Notes: generated from the letters alone by a model not told the origin. Shown: positions 1 through 19,177, counted from the whole stretch's first letter. The stretch is DNA of 62,328 nucleotides, filler included, from Collodictyon triciliatum (GCA_043381765.1; 3 parts of 3 records of this genome joined end to end with filler, not necessarily neighbours in it), one strand, 5' to 3'. Numbers and translations: made by a program.

Positions 1-110
1 AATTTTTTTTTAAATTTTAGCACCGTCGCCATTTTAAAAAAAAGTAAAAATAATGTATTCCATTTTTTTTTTAAAAAAAAAAAAAAAAAAAAAACTATAC
101 TTGCCAACAG

Positions 111-610
111 ACCATGGATTTCCTTCAAAGAAATGTTGCCAATATTCGCAATCCTTTGCTCGTCATGACAGGCACAGATGACAAACTTGTGAATCCCGAA
201 GGTTGAATCCTCATTTATCCTCGGGCGATACAGAATTTTGCAGATTTGCCTTTCATCGTTACATATTAAAGAGAGAAAAAAAATTAGCGACATACCTCCA
301 AATCTTTCACTTGAGTCAAACTTATTTCATATTCAATGTTAAACTACCGATTATTTTATTTTATGCATGGTTCGGCTTTTTTTATCCATGTTTTTATATA
401 CACTTTACTACATAACGTTTTTCGGTCCATTAAGTCTTTTTTCTTCTTCCTCACAACCCAGGTGCGCGTTATGTGTATGACAAATCCCTCAGCGAAGACA
501 AGCGCTTTGTCCAATACCCAGGCCTCTACCACGAAATCTTCAACGAGCCCGAGAAGGACACCGTCATCGGCAATCTGATTGACTGGCTCAATGCCCATAC
601 CACAAACTAA
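111..610 (+). CDS. Alpha/beta hydrolase (monoacylglycerol lipase/lysophospholipase-like), 3' part; exons 111-201 and 462-610
   Basis: Splicing the GT..AG intron 202-461 gives ...NPLLVMTGTDDKLVNPEGARYVYDKSLSEDKRFVQYPGLYHEIFNEPEKDTVIGNLIDWL..*, with the catalytic Asp (GxxD) and His (YxGxYHE) motifs of the Hydrolase_4 family. The 5' end lies outside the window. Confidence 0.88.
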
Positions 611-958
611 CGTCTGCCTACGCATACCATATGCGTCTGTGATGGGGATAGTGATTGTTCCCTGATGACACAAAATAAAATATCCACAGACACGCAAAAT
701 TGAAAATGAAAAAAAAAACCCAATAAATTAGAGCAGCGAATGGAAAAAGAGAATGATACCAGCAAAACAACAATGGTCACAATTCAAGCCAGTCGTCTTT
801 ATCTGCTGTGGAGTAGCAGTATACACAATAATAATAATAAAAGTTTCTTTGAGTAAAACAGGTGTTAGAAATAGAACTCACACCCACACATCATTTTTTT
901 TCTTTTAATTCACTATTACCTTTCCCTCCACTATTATTTTCCTAACTCCCCAGCCTGC

Positions 959-2017
959 ATGAGCCGTCCAAGCTGCCACACACTGCGCCAGCTTTTCTTT
1001 TGTGCCGAGCAAACTCTGCACCAAAGCAGCCTTTTCACGGGTGACACACGCACAAGCGAGTTTCGCATCGAGGCTCTGACTCTGACCTCAGACTCCGCCA
1101 TTCGGCGCGTGAGCCCCGCAGAGGCGCTTGGCATGTTTGCTGCCGGGTCTGAGTCTGCCCTTTCTGATGTGATTCTTTATATACCGGGTCCGTTTCAGAC
1201 TCTCTGCGAAAGCATTGATGAGGACCGTGCGCGTTGGCAGCAGGCTTTGGACCGGACGACCGGCGGCGCGATTGTCTTCGTGCCGCTTTGCTGGAACGAA
1301 CCTCTTGCAAGCGCGGCTAATCCCGAGACGAGACTGGACTATGCGCAGCAGCGCAATCGGGCCGATTCTGTCGGAGCTGCCTTTGCCCAGTGGCTCGCAC
1401 AGTTGATTCTGCTGCGGCAGAGTCAGCCCAGAGGAAGCAATGCCGTCTTCTCAGCTGAAGCTGTTGCGCCGCGACTTAGTATTCTTGCACACTCGACAGG
1501 CTCACGGATTCTGCTTCACGCCATTCGGCATTGCTGTGTGGACTTGGCTCTGGTTGATGCGGGTCTGGGAATGCCGTTCCTGCATCGCATCTTTCTCGTG
1601 GCCGCGGATTTGCCCGGGGATTTCTTTACCCATGCCCGGGGCGATGGAGATGCGTTCTCGAATGCAGCAGACCGCGTCCTAGTTTATTCTGCCCGTTCCG
1701 ATTGGTTTTTTGCCATGGTTGGTCTGGACTCGTGGGACAGTCGGCTGGGCACTCGGAAGCCATCCTCGAGACGCCCCATCAATGTCGAATGGGTGGATTG
1801 CCGCAGCGTGGAAAACAAGGCCGGGACTCTACTTGGACACGCTTATCATATGCAGACAGATTGCTTTGTGGATGTGCTTCGTTCCATCACCAGAGACTCT
1901 CCCATCCAGCCTGCAGTCTTGTATCCAAATAGATATCGGAGTCCCAGCGAACACGATGTGCAAGAAAGGCCTTCAAACCATACGGGTGGGAATATTTGGG
2001 GTTTCTCTTCGTCTTGA
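959..2017 (+). CDS. Intronless alpha/beta hydrolase, DUF900-like
   Basis: 352-aa ORF with a nucleophile elbow (SILAHSTG), then RIFLVAADL, VLVYSARSD, RLG and GHAYH in the order typical of DUF900-type esterases. Confidence 0.75.
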   Translation: MSRPSCHTLRQLFFCAEQTLHQSSLFTGDTRTSEFRIEALTLTSDSAIRRVSPAEALGMFAAGSESALSDVILYIPGPFQTLCESIDEDRARWQQALDRTTGGAIVFVPLCWNEPLASAANPETRLDYAQQRNRADSVGAAFAQWLAQLILLRQSQPRGSNAVFSAEAVAPRLSILAHSTGSRILLHAIRHCCVDLALVDAGLGMPFLHRIFLVAADLPGDFFTHARGDGDAFSNAADRVLVYSARSDWFFAMVGLDSWDSRLGTRKPSSRRPINVEWVDCRSVENKAGTLLGHAYHMQTDCFVDVLRSITRDSPIQPAVLYPNRYRSPSEHDVQERPSNHTGGNIWGFSSS

Positions 2018-3388
2018 ATTGAATTAGTTTGTTTGTTTTTTTATCAACAGCCGTGCTCAAAAAAGGCGTGCAGGATCTTTGTTAATCTCTAGAATGCGTT
2101 TGTATTGAGACTTCAATCTGCAGTTGTCTTGGCTGTGTGTTATTTTTGTCATGTTTGGGTTTCAATTCAAAGGCGTTATCAGCAAACTCATCTGTTACAC
2201 GTTCTACCCTGTTCTTTGGATGATAATCGGCCTAGATTCACAGACGCCATCAATTCATATGCAAACAATACACCCTTCTCTCGTGAATGTGGTGATACGT
2301 GACTTAGTTTAGAATAAAAACATTCTGTTNNNNNNNNNNNNNNNNNNNNNNNNNNNNNNNNNNNNNNNNNNNNNNNNNNNNNNNNNNNNNNNNNNNNNNN
2401 NNNNNNNNNNNNNNNNNNNNNNNNNNNNNNNNNNNNNNNNNNNNNNNNNNNNNNNNNNNNNNNNNNNNNNNNNNNNNNNNNNNNNNNNNNNNNNNNNNNN
2501 NNNNNNNNNNNNNNNNNNNNNNNNNNNNNNNNNNNNNNNNNNNNNNNNNNNNNNNNNNNNNNNNNNNNNNNNNNNNNNNNNNNNNNNNNNNNNNNNNNNN
2601 NNNNNNNNNNNNNNNNNNNNNNNNNNNNNNNNNNNNNNNNNNNNNNNNNNNNNNNNNNNNNNNNNNNNNNNNNNNNNNNNNNNNNNNNNNNNNNNNNNNN
2701 NNNNNNNNNNNNNNNNNNNNNNNNNNNNNNNNNNNNNNNNNNNNNNNNNNNNNNNNNNNNNNNNNNNNNNNNNNNNNNNNNNNNNNNNNNNNNNNNNNNN
2801 NNNNNNNNNNNNNNNNNNNNNNNNNNNNNNNNNNNNNNNNNNNNNNNNNNNNNNNNNNTCCTGTTAGCGTTATAGATGAAAATGTAACTTGAAAGTCCTA
2901 AAAATCTTCAATGCATAAAAACAAAACAAAAATCAATCGCGCAACACTCATCTCTGAAGTTGGCATCCATACAAGTTTTCATCGCGTAAGTACTGAAGAG
3001 AACGATGCTAATGCTCATATTATGAAAAAGAGAAGAGAAGAACAAATGGAAAGAAAAGCATGCAGAAACAAGCAACTTTCTCTTGTTGGAGAAGCTATTA
3101 AATGTGGTTATCAGCTCTCAGGTATTGGCGTCAAATATTGTGGTATTTAGAATGTATTCTTCTCACTGCTACTGTCATAGTCTAGATTCAACATAGAATT
3201 GATACGAATCTTAAGAAGAGTGAACTAAAAATGATATTAAATATACGCAACAAAATAAAATAAAAAAACGGAACAATCGACAGAACACATTGCATAATGG
3301 AAGTGTATGTGTTTATTTTGTTGGGTCCCTGCTTGTTGAGCCCATTTGTTTGAGATTTGAAGATGCGGGTTTTTGGTTGAAGATCGAA

Positions 3389-4711
3389 TTATATCAGGAG
3401 AGCGATTGTTTCTCCTATCAAAACCCCTATAGTTGTGCCTTTACCTGGCTGAAATAGCGTTCCTATCACAGCACCAATGGAGCCCGCCAGTATAGTCAAT
3501 ATGCAAGTTAAGATATTCTTTTGCGTTTGATTCCAATAGTGGATTAATCTCTCCTGTGTTGGGCAGAATTGAAGTTGAACACACAAATAATGGATGTACA
3601 TGATTTATCGTTTATATTCATAAAATAAAACCATACTTTACGGAGCGCCCCGTCGCTTCGAATGCTAACAATTAAGCTGTATGTCTCACGAATCTGTCTC
3701 ACAGCGCATGAGCTGACATTAATCAGAGCTCCAGCTCGGGCAGCGGTCATGAACATCCCACTGGCTGTGGTGAGTCTTGAGCCGTCTCTGGCAAACTTAC
3801 GGATGGCAGATTTCCCGACATCTGAACAACCGATTGTTAAACTAAAGACTATCTAACATACACATCATACACATCATACACATCATACACATCATACACA
3901 TCATACACATCATACACATCATACACATCATACACATCATACACATCATACACATCATACACATCATACACATCATACACATCATACACATCATACACAT
4001 CATACACATCATACACATCATACACATCATACACATCATACACATCACACACATCATACACATCATACACATCATACACATCATACACATCATACACATC
4101 ATACACATCATACACATCATACACATCATACACATCATACACATCATACACATCATACACATCATACACATCATACACATCATACACATCATACGCATCA
4201 TACACATCATACACATCATACACATCATACACATCATACACATCATACACATCATACACATCATACACATATACGCATCATACACATTCACATTATACAT
4301 ATTATACATGTAATACATATTATACATATTATACATATTATACATATTATACATATTATACATATTTGTCTACAAAGTCGGAATAATTAACTCAGAAAGA
4401 TGATTTCGATCATAAAATAAACAGGGGAAACCTCGTGTGTACTTTGAGAGTGTGCGCGGGGTGGCATAAGTCTTGAGCAGCCAATGGAAGCAGCATCGAA
4501 CAAAAGACACAGCTGTGTCAAAAAGGAAAAGATGGCCGAAGGACTGGACCAATTTGCTGGGTGTTTTTTCGCTTGAGGCCGCAGCAAGAATGCCACTTTT
4601 GACACCAGAGAAGATCAAATATGAAGGTTGAACAAGGGTTTGAAACCCGCGGAAGGTTTCGTATTGGTAAGACTTTGTAAATAAAGGACGATCCACGATG
4701 ATAGTCGACAT
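3389..4711 (-). CDS. Hypothetical protein with a C-terminal glycine-rich hydrophobic hairpin; exons 4711-4432, 3821-3637, 3553-3389
   Basis: Phase-compatible GT-AG junctions give ...KYTR/DVGKSAIRKFARD...LRK/ERLIHYW...AGSIGAVIGTLFQPGKGTTIGVLIGE..*. Intron 1 contains the CATCATACA array. Confidence 0.6.
3857..4365. repeat. Intronic 9-bp tandem array (CATCATACA)n grading into (CATATTATA)n
   Basis: Directly visible; it produces the spurious MCM and YDV ORFs. Confidence 0.95.
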
Positions 4712-4927
4712 GTCGAAAGTACTGGAGTTCTCTATTTTTTCGTTCTTTGCTTTTTCTTTCTTTCTTTCTTTCCTTCCTTCCCTCTTGAGTTTGGGAGTGA
4801 TTCGGCTGACCTAGGTTTATTTTTGTGTTTGGAACAGAAACATTGATGACTGCGTTGCGCGGTTGTTGTTGTTGTTGTTGTCAGACTTCCAACTTCACAA
4901 CGCCCGATTTGAGCAGAGTGGGCAGAG

Positions 4928-5767
4928 TCAAATATATATGAAAATGCAAAAAGGAAGCATCAACGGGACTTGTCGAGCTTTATTCAGCAAGACCTTTGCT
5001 GTGATTTCGTATTGATCTTCCCACTTATCCACATGACGGGGCAGCCAATGGTCTGCTGCATCGTCCCCTCTTCGCACGTCGCCCTCTTGTTGCCCGAGGG
5101 GTCTCGCCAGCCGCGATTTGATCAAGCCCGAACAAAAAAATAACATTCGTTCAAATGCGGAAAATATAATATTATATCTAATAAACACCCAATTGGTTCT
5201 CTATGATCATCAAAAACGAATTTAAAATATGTATACCCTTATTATTTCCATCTCAATTAATTGATTTCAGTATCCCGCTCCCAATTACTTGGGAATTTCC
5301 AATTAACCGATGAATTTGCGTTCCTCACTTCCCAATTTCTCAGACCACAACGCCCTTTCCGAATGTGGATTTGCTGTGTGGCTGTTTCGTCACGCGGCTG
5401 CAATGCGATCAAATGAATTTTCTTGCTCCACATCCCTTCTGATGCAGCAAAAATCCAATTCTTATGTGAAGCGTACACGATCTGTGCCGAGTGAAAAAAA
5501 AAAAAAACGAATAAATAGTGCAACTTCGCTCGTAATCAAACATTCGTGTGGGATTTTAAGCGAGTCATTGTATTCGAGTTTACTGAGTCGGTCAACATTC
5601 CCACCCACGAAAGCCTGGTTGAGAGTCAAGACCACCAAATATTCTGTGGGATCGCTCTTGAGAGGCTCTGTCAGATTCTCCTTGATGGGGATATTTGAAG
5701 CCGTGGCAGCAAAGGCTCAACCGCAGTTGCAGTTTTTGTTGCTTCTGGAACAAGAAAGAGCTGTCAT
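4928..5767 (-). CDS. Hypothetical protein; probable exons 5767-5722, 5667-5525, 5481-5329, 5200-4928
   Basis: Open frames are joined by phase-compatible GT-AG sites. The first 54-nt intron contains an in-frame TGA (see findings). No family recognised. Confidence 0.45.
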
Positions 5768-6194
5768 GGGTTGCTGGGTCGGCCAGTCGAAGGCAGAGTT
5801 CGAACGCTTGGCAACTATCTGGTATTTTCCCAGGATTTATTAGTCTTGCATTTTCGAGACTACCGGGGTGGGATGGACAGACAAAACACACGCCAAAGCA
5901 GACACAGGCCAGCAAGTAGAAACGAAAAAGTCTCCAACGCTGATCGGGGGTTATAGAGCGATGAAGCAAAAATATTCAGAGAGGCAAAGCGGAAACTTCT
6001 TTTTTATTCAAATACAAAGATGAAAGCAACAAAAAAAACAACAAAAAAACAACAAAAAACAACAAATCGGCACAAGCTCAGAAAGAAGAGACGAAAAATC
6101 GATTAAAACTGGAGAAAGACAAACACTGTCTAGCAGGCTTTTCTTCTTTTACAACAACGATAACCCCGTAGCCGAAAAGTCTCCGTTGACACCA

Positions 6195-13683
<7,489 letters not shown>

Positions 13684-14389
13684 ACAAGCGGGCTGGAGCG
13701 GCTCCGTGTGCCGCCAAAGTCGCGCACTCTGGCGCCTCCTCTTTTCCCGCTGGACTCTTCTGCTTCTGCTTTTGCTTTTGCTTTTGCTTTTGTTTCTGCT
13801 TTTGCTTGACTCTTTTCACGTTATTCATTCACCTCGACTTCTGTCCCACTCCCTCGCACACCCGTTTCTTGCTTCTCACTTGTGCGAGTGTTGTGCGCCG
13901 TTCCGCATTCGCCTGCCTATTCGTCCGACTGCTGATGGCCCTCATCAGGGAGGTTGGCAGGATGCACTGGATTCTCTCATTGTCTTTTCGTACGCCTCTT
14001 TGTTTTGAACTGTTTTAACTCTCTAGACATTCCTCCAACGCGAGAAGTGTCCCTCACAAATCGAGCCGATAAATCACACCACAGCTTTTTTTTTCTTGCT
14101 TGTATATATTCTTACATTTCCTTTTCTTTCTCATTACAAGAACCATCGCCGGGTGGTAACGTTCCCCTCCTTTTCTATCTCGTCTCCATCTCGAGTCGCA
14201 GCCGAGTAACAAACTGAGTTGCACAATCAAACTACTCGGAGAAACTGAAAGTAGTCTCGATTTTATGCGCGGGAAAAAAAAAAAAAAAAGAGGTGGACGA
14301 GGAAGGCAAAGAAAGATATTGGGCGATAAAACAAATTGTAAAGAGCAAGCAGCATCAGAGAAATAGAGAAGAGAGGGTGAATGGATTGT

Positions 14390-15701
14390 TTACAGAATCA
14401 AACAAGTCGATGATTGCTCCACATCTGCGTTGGAGCCCCTCCGCTTGAGTGCCGGATTGCCTTCATCCGAATCATCCGAATCATAAGCAACCCATCCTAC
14501 GTGTACATACCAAAAAAAAAACCTCAATAATCAAATAAACAAGAAGATGAACGATTAATATAACATAATCGAGACTCTCACTCACCAAGGGAATTCATCT
14601 TCGCCTGGTTGTTTTTGCTCTTTGCTGGGGCCCCAGCTCCAGCAGCAGGCGCTCCAACTCCAGTCGCAGCAGGGCCCAATGCCAGGGACCGAATGATATC
14701 CTTGGCCAGCATCTTATCCTCCCCATCCGCCCTACATGTTCGGTTCATGCTCAGACCCTTTAACAATGCCCAAGGCGGCGCATCATTCCCATTGACTCTG
14801 GCCAGACTCACAAACACATTCACAAGTAGAGAAATTATCTCACAACCGACCCTATGTGAGCGCCAGGCTGCTTTGCTTGTTCCACGGCCAGCCCGACTAC
14901 AGCGCCGGTCACTGTTTTGCTTGCGCCTGTGGGTGCGGTGGACGTCCCTGTGGACGAGCGCCTTGGAGGCCGCGAGTCAGTGCTGGGCGATTGAGATGCG
15001 GAGCCGATTGAGACGCTCTTTGTAGCTTTGGTTTCTCCTTCAGAATGGCCCGATGCTGATGCAACAGGAACAACTGGCGAGGAGCTTGCCTTCTGCTCAC
15101 TCTTTGCTGAGCTTTGTGCTTTCATAGCGGTCATCCTTTGTGTCAGAGAGAGCTTTTTTGTGGAGGACGAGTCTGCAGAGTTGTCAGCCTTTTCATTCCG
15201 TGTCTTTGGGGGAACCTCGGCGACTGGGGCGCCTGTTGGGGAGTACAGCCCCACAAAGTACTGGTCGAGCATCTTAACAGCCTCCTGCGAGTGGATAGCA
15301 TCATCAAAGGACTCGGATGCGTCTACGCCTGTGTTTGTGTTAGTTTCTGTTTCATTTTGGCTTCCATGTGTTTCTAATTTCGTGTTTTTTTCTTTTATGT
15401 CTTATTGCTCTATTTTTTTTCCCTTTCGTTCTGCATGGCTCTTTTCATTTTCTTCTATTTTCATTCATTTCTGTTCATTTTCGTTTTTTTTTTTCCTCCT
15501 TCCTCTGTGTTTTGAGTCCCACAGGTTTTTTTTTTTTTAAAAAAAAAGCAGACCAGCAAAGTCGAGCATGATTGCATCGCCCCCGGGATGCTCTCCCATG
15601 AAGGAGGTCAGATCATAAACCTTGCCGTGGATGGCCATCCATATGTTTTGTGCTGTCCGATGCTGTGCGAGCTCCTCTCGTGTGATGATTCGCTTGCTCA
15701 T
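14390..15701 (-). CDS. Cytochrome b5-domain protein (314 aa) with a long low-complexity extension and C-terminal CaaX; exons 15701-15554, 15328-14851, 14797-14586, 14496-14390
   Basis: MSKRIITREELAQH..IWMAIHGKVYDLTSFMGEHPGGDAIMLDFAG/VDASESFDDAIHSQEAVKMLDQYFVG has both heme-ligand histidines (HPGG, IHS). The exons sum to 945 nt and end ...SSTCLIL*. Confidence 0.88.
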
Positions 15702-16946
15702 GTTCTGTTCTTGTCGGGCGTGTATGTGNNNNNNNNNNNNNNNNNNNNNNNNNNNNNNNNNNNNNNNNNNNNNNNNNNNNNNNNNNNNNNNNNNNNNNNN
15801 NNNNNNNNNNNNNNNNNNNNNNNNNNNNNNNNNNNNNNNNNNNNNNNNNNNNNNNNNNNNNNNNNNNNNNNNNNNNNNNNNNNNNNNNNNNNNNNNNNNN
15901 NNNNNNNNNNNNNNNNNNNNNNNNNNNNNNNNNNNNNNNNNNNNNNNNNNNNNNNNNNNNNNNNNNNNNNNNNNNNNNNNNNNNNNNNNNNNNNNNNNNN
16001 NNNNNNNNNNNNNNNNNNNNNNNNNNNNNNNNNNNNNNNNNNNNNNNNNNNNNNNNNNCTTCCAAAGAAGCAGATGTTAGATTAGTCGCAAGTGTTGCAA
16101 CAAGTTGCGGGCTGGTTATTGTGTAGTCTACCAACAATCCTGGGCGGCTCAGCGTATCGCAAAGGAAAGACTCCCAGTTTGCTAGTTGCGGCGTTCTCAA
16201 GCACGAACCTATTAAAAAAAACAAGTTAGAAGGGAAAACAAATAAAAAAAGCTATGTAAAACCCAAAAAAAAACAGCTTTCTGAGGCAAGTAGATGGATT
16301 TCTATTTCTGGATATGCATATTTATTCCTATTGTGGCGTGAACCAATCCGTCGTTTTCCGAAATTGGATTTTATTTATTGGTCGATTGATTCCCACTGTC
16401 ATCGCGCGGTGCGGTTCCGTGTGCAGACGCCTCTGTGGATGTTTGTGAGGTTTCGTCGTGCCCACATCATGTAGGCGCCAGTGCTTTAAGAGAGGGAGGG
16501 AGGGAGAGGAAAGGAGGGTTCAGAGGGAGGGAGTGGAGCGAGGGGGTGAGGCAGAAAAAAAAAAAGAAAAAGGGGCGGACGTCCGTGTGAGATATATCAT
16601 CAGAATAAAGCCGAAAAAGTATTGCCATCAGCAAAGATGTGGATAATCGGGTTGGTAAAATAATCCAACATGTGTTCTGTATCGACAACTGAAATGGTTC
16701 TTTTGACTGGACTTTCATCTGGATTTTTGAAAAGTCATTCTGTTTCGATCTCAACCCGTGAAAAAGTTCTTTTTCAAAAAAAAAAAAACATGGTGCTATC
16801 AGAGTGGTTGAATGGAAATCACAAGGGAAAAAAAAAAACGAGGGAGTAGTGGAGGAAAGAAAAAAAAAGATGGAATGAACTGGACGAAGAAGAGAAATGA
16901 AGGAAGAAGAAGAAGAAAATTGCTTATGGGGGACATGATGCTATTC

Positions 16947-17098
16947 GTATCTCACTCAAAAAGTGCAGAGGCAAGTTTCGTGGGTGTCAACACACAGCCC
17001 CAACCAAACGCTTTTTTTTCCTTGAGGAAAAGACGATGGTGTGCTGAGTACGCAGATGACCCAACGAGCTTTTTCGTTTCACTTTACAGGTGAGATAC
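16947..17098 (-). promoter_or_regulatory. Long RNA hairpin directly 3' of the SelK UGA and stop (candidate recoding element)
   Basis: GUAUCUCAC-CUGU-AAAGUG pairs with CACUUU-UUGA-GUGAGAUAC. Inner pairings include UCGU-GGG/CCC-ACGA and an apical UUUUCC-UCAA-GGAAAA. Folded by eye. Confidence 0.55.
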
Positions 17099-17099
17099 C

Positions 17100-17598
17100 T
17101 TAAGATCATCCACCTCCCCCGCGAGAGCTTCTACAGCCTATTTTTTAAAAGGATTAGTAGAGTATAATAATTATAATATAATAAAACAAATATATAAATG
17201 ATTATCAAAATCGAGTGTGGCGATGAATTGTCTTGGCAGTGTGCTGGACTATCACAGGAAATAAGGAGTTACTAGAGAGATCTCCAAAGCGCGGCCGATC
17301 CGGTCGATCCGGCCGGTTTCCTCTCGATGAGCCCGAGCTGTTTCTGGAGAAGGGGTTTTGTTTCGCACCCTGGTTCAATGCTGACGGGAAGAGTAAAGTG
17401 TTGATAAAAAAGCAGACGTGATCGATCAGCCAAAAGACCGCCCTTCCGACATGGTGGAATCCCACAGCGTCGGCAAAGCGGCTGGAGTAGTATGCTGTGT
17501 GAATTATATGGATACATAGAGGCAAAGTACAGTTAAGATCGTGAGTTGTTCCGCACTTTTAGGCCCAAATCAATTTTACAGAGGTGCATACGTGTCAT
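17100..17598 (-). CDS. SELENOK: Selenoprotein K-like protein (88 aa, UGA read as Sec at the penultimate codon); exons 17598-17592, 17494-17273, 17137-17100
   Basis: Spliced product is MTPYYSSRFADAVGFHHVGRAVFWLIDHVCFFINTLLFPSALNQGAKQNPFSRNSSGSSRGNRPDRPDRPRFGDLSSCRSSRGGGG(UGA)S*. A single hydrophobic segment FWxxxxxxxFFxxTL, a G/P/R-rich tail and a terminal GG-U-x match the SelK/SelG layout. Confidence 0.8.
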
Positions 17599-18172
17599 TT
17601 TTTGTTTTTTGTTTTGCGTATTGGAGGAAATTAAAAAAAAAAGATAATAGGGGATATACAGCTTGGTTGTATCCTTTTCATACTTTCTTGCTTGGGCACA
17701 GCGATTCAAAAAAAAATTGTAAAGAATTTTCATAGTGTGTGTTGCTTGGATAAAATTATCTGAATATGACTGTCGAAAGCTTCTGTGTTTTTGCGATGCA
17801 GCTTCACTTACACAACTGGCCGAACACCATCCTGCCCCGCGTTTGTTGCTTCTGCGTTTCTGATCTGTTTCTTGTCTGATTGCGATCGCCAATCAACACA
17901 AAAACTGCGCGGGAGAAATAGAGGCCGCTTTTCCAATATTGGAATATAAATTATTTTCGATGGGCTTAGTCATTCACAGGCGATAAGATATGCTAATTTT
18001 TGAATTGCGCGTGTCTCTATGTGGTTCTCAACAACAGTGCACGAAGGACAGGATTATATCGGCTTCAATATGATGATCGAATCAATATGCACCAGAAAAA
18101 TATAAGAAAAGAACAAGAAAGGGAATATGTTATGTATTAATATAGACTGTAACTTTTTTCCAAAACAAGAAG

Positions 18173-18245
18173 GGGGATGTAGCTCAGATGGTAGAGCGCT
18201 CGCTTAGCATGCGAGAGGTAACGGGATCGATGCCCGTCATCTCCA
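18173..18245 (+). tRNA. tRNA-Ala (anticodon AGC), intronless
   Basis: 73-nt cloverleaf: acceptor stem GGGGATG/CATCTCC with G3:U70, D-arm AGCTCAGATGGTAGAGC, anticodon loop TTAGCAT, T-arm ACGGG-ATCGATG-CCCGT. Confidence 0.96.
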
Positions 18246-19177
18246 CTCATGTTTTGCTGCCGGTGTGTTGCTCGCCCATCGGGTGTTTTGTTATTTGTTT
18301 TTTTCATCATAAGTATCTCGTGATGCTCTCTCGTAGAACTCGACCGACGCAATTGTTTTCACGCTATTATTCCAGCAAACGTCAATGCATGGCAAGACAA
18401 TAATCGGGCAGTCATACAGCGGAAAGAGTCGTGTAATTGTGGGTGCGTGAAGACAAGTATCTAAGGGTCTTTACACGATTGGCCCAAGAACGGTATTAGG
18501 ATGCTGTTCTACATATTGAAGTTTCCCTGTCTCTCTCTTTTTTTTTNNNNNNNNNNTTTAGATTCTCCTCTCGTTTTCGATACATTTAGTTTCAATTAAT
18601 CATAACCGTGTCCGATTCATTTCTCCCAAGCCTTTGTCTTCAAGCCCTCACCCGTCAGCCAATCAGTTGAATAGTATGATAAAGCGGAAATTGTCCCATG
18701 GATGAAGCGGAAATGCGGCGCGTTTGTCCGTGCGAAACTCAAGGGGGATGGTCTTCGGAAAAGATTGGCACCGAAGAGCTCTGCAGTGAAGGACTTCCAG
18801 GCAGAAGGCGACATAAATAACTGTGGATTGCATCTTTGGGTTGTGCTAGGTGCCACAAACGACTAGCCAAAGACGAAATACATAATCTCATACCTATGCA
18901 TGTGTTTATGACTAATCGGATCATTTTGCGCAGTATGGAGAACCACTGTGTTGCTGATACGTAAATTCCGCAATTAGATACCGTTATGCCTTCAAAGCTA
19001 TCAGAACAGCCATCAAAGCGATCACAACACCCCTCAGGCCAACCTCGGATTCAATCACAGCCGCACCCCCAAACAGCGACAAGAAGGAGAGGAAAGGAAA
19101 GGAAAAGAAAAAAAAGATGTGTCAAGCATTCTATATTCACCCTCCCATATCTAAGTTTTTCATAGGCGCAGAAAAAA

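Noticed and set aside
2911-3150. 79-aa ORF next to the first gap
   Set aside because: No recognisable motif. It may be part of a gene lost in the gap, but this cannot be supported.
3842-4363. ORFs with MCM/YDV repeats
   Set aside because: Translations of an intronic 9-bp array.
5310-5843. Long antisense ORFs (also 14609-15540 and 50949-51467)
   Set aside because: Shadows of coding sequence on the opposite strand.
16422-16484. SECIS-like AUGA..AAA..GA pattern on the minus strand
   Set aside because: The upper helix is only about 6 bp and the spacing is slightly long. Kept as a weak candidate and not listed as a feature.
17291-17316. GC-rich hairpin CGGCCGATC..GATCCGGCCG
   Set aside because: Explained by the RPDRPDRP coding repeat in SelK exon 2.
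18400-19050. Short ORFs downstream of tRNA-Ala
   Set aside because: No consistent exon chain or recognisable motif on either strand.
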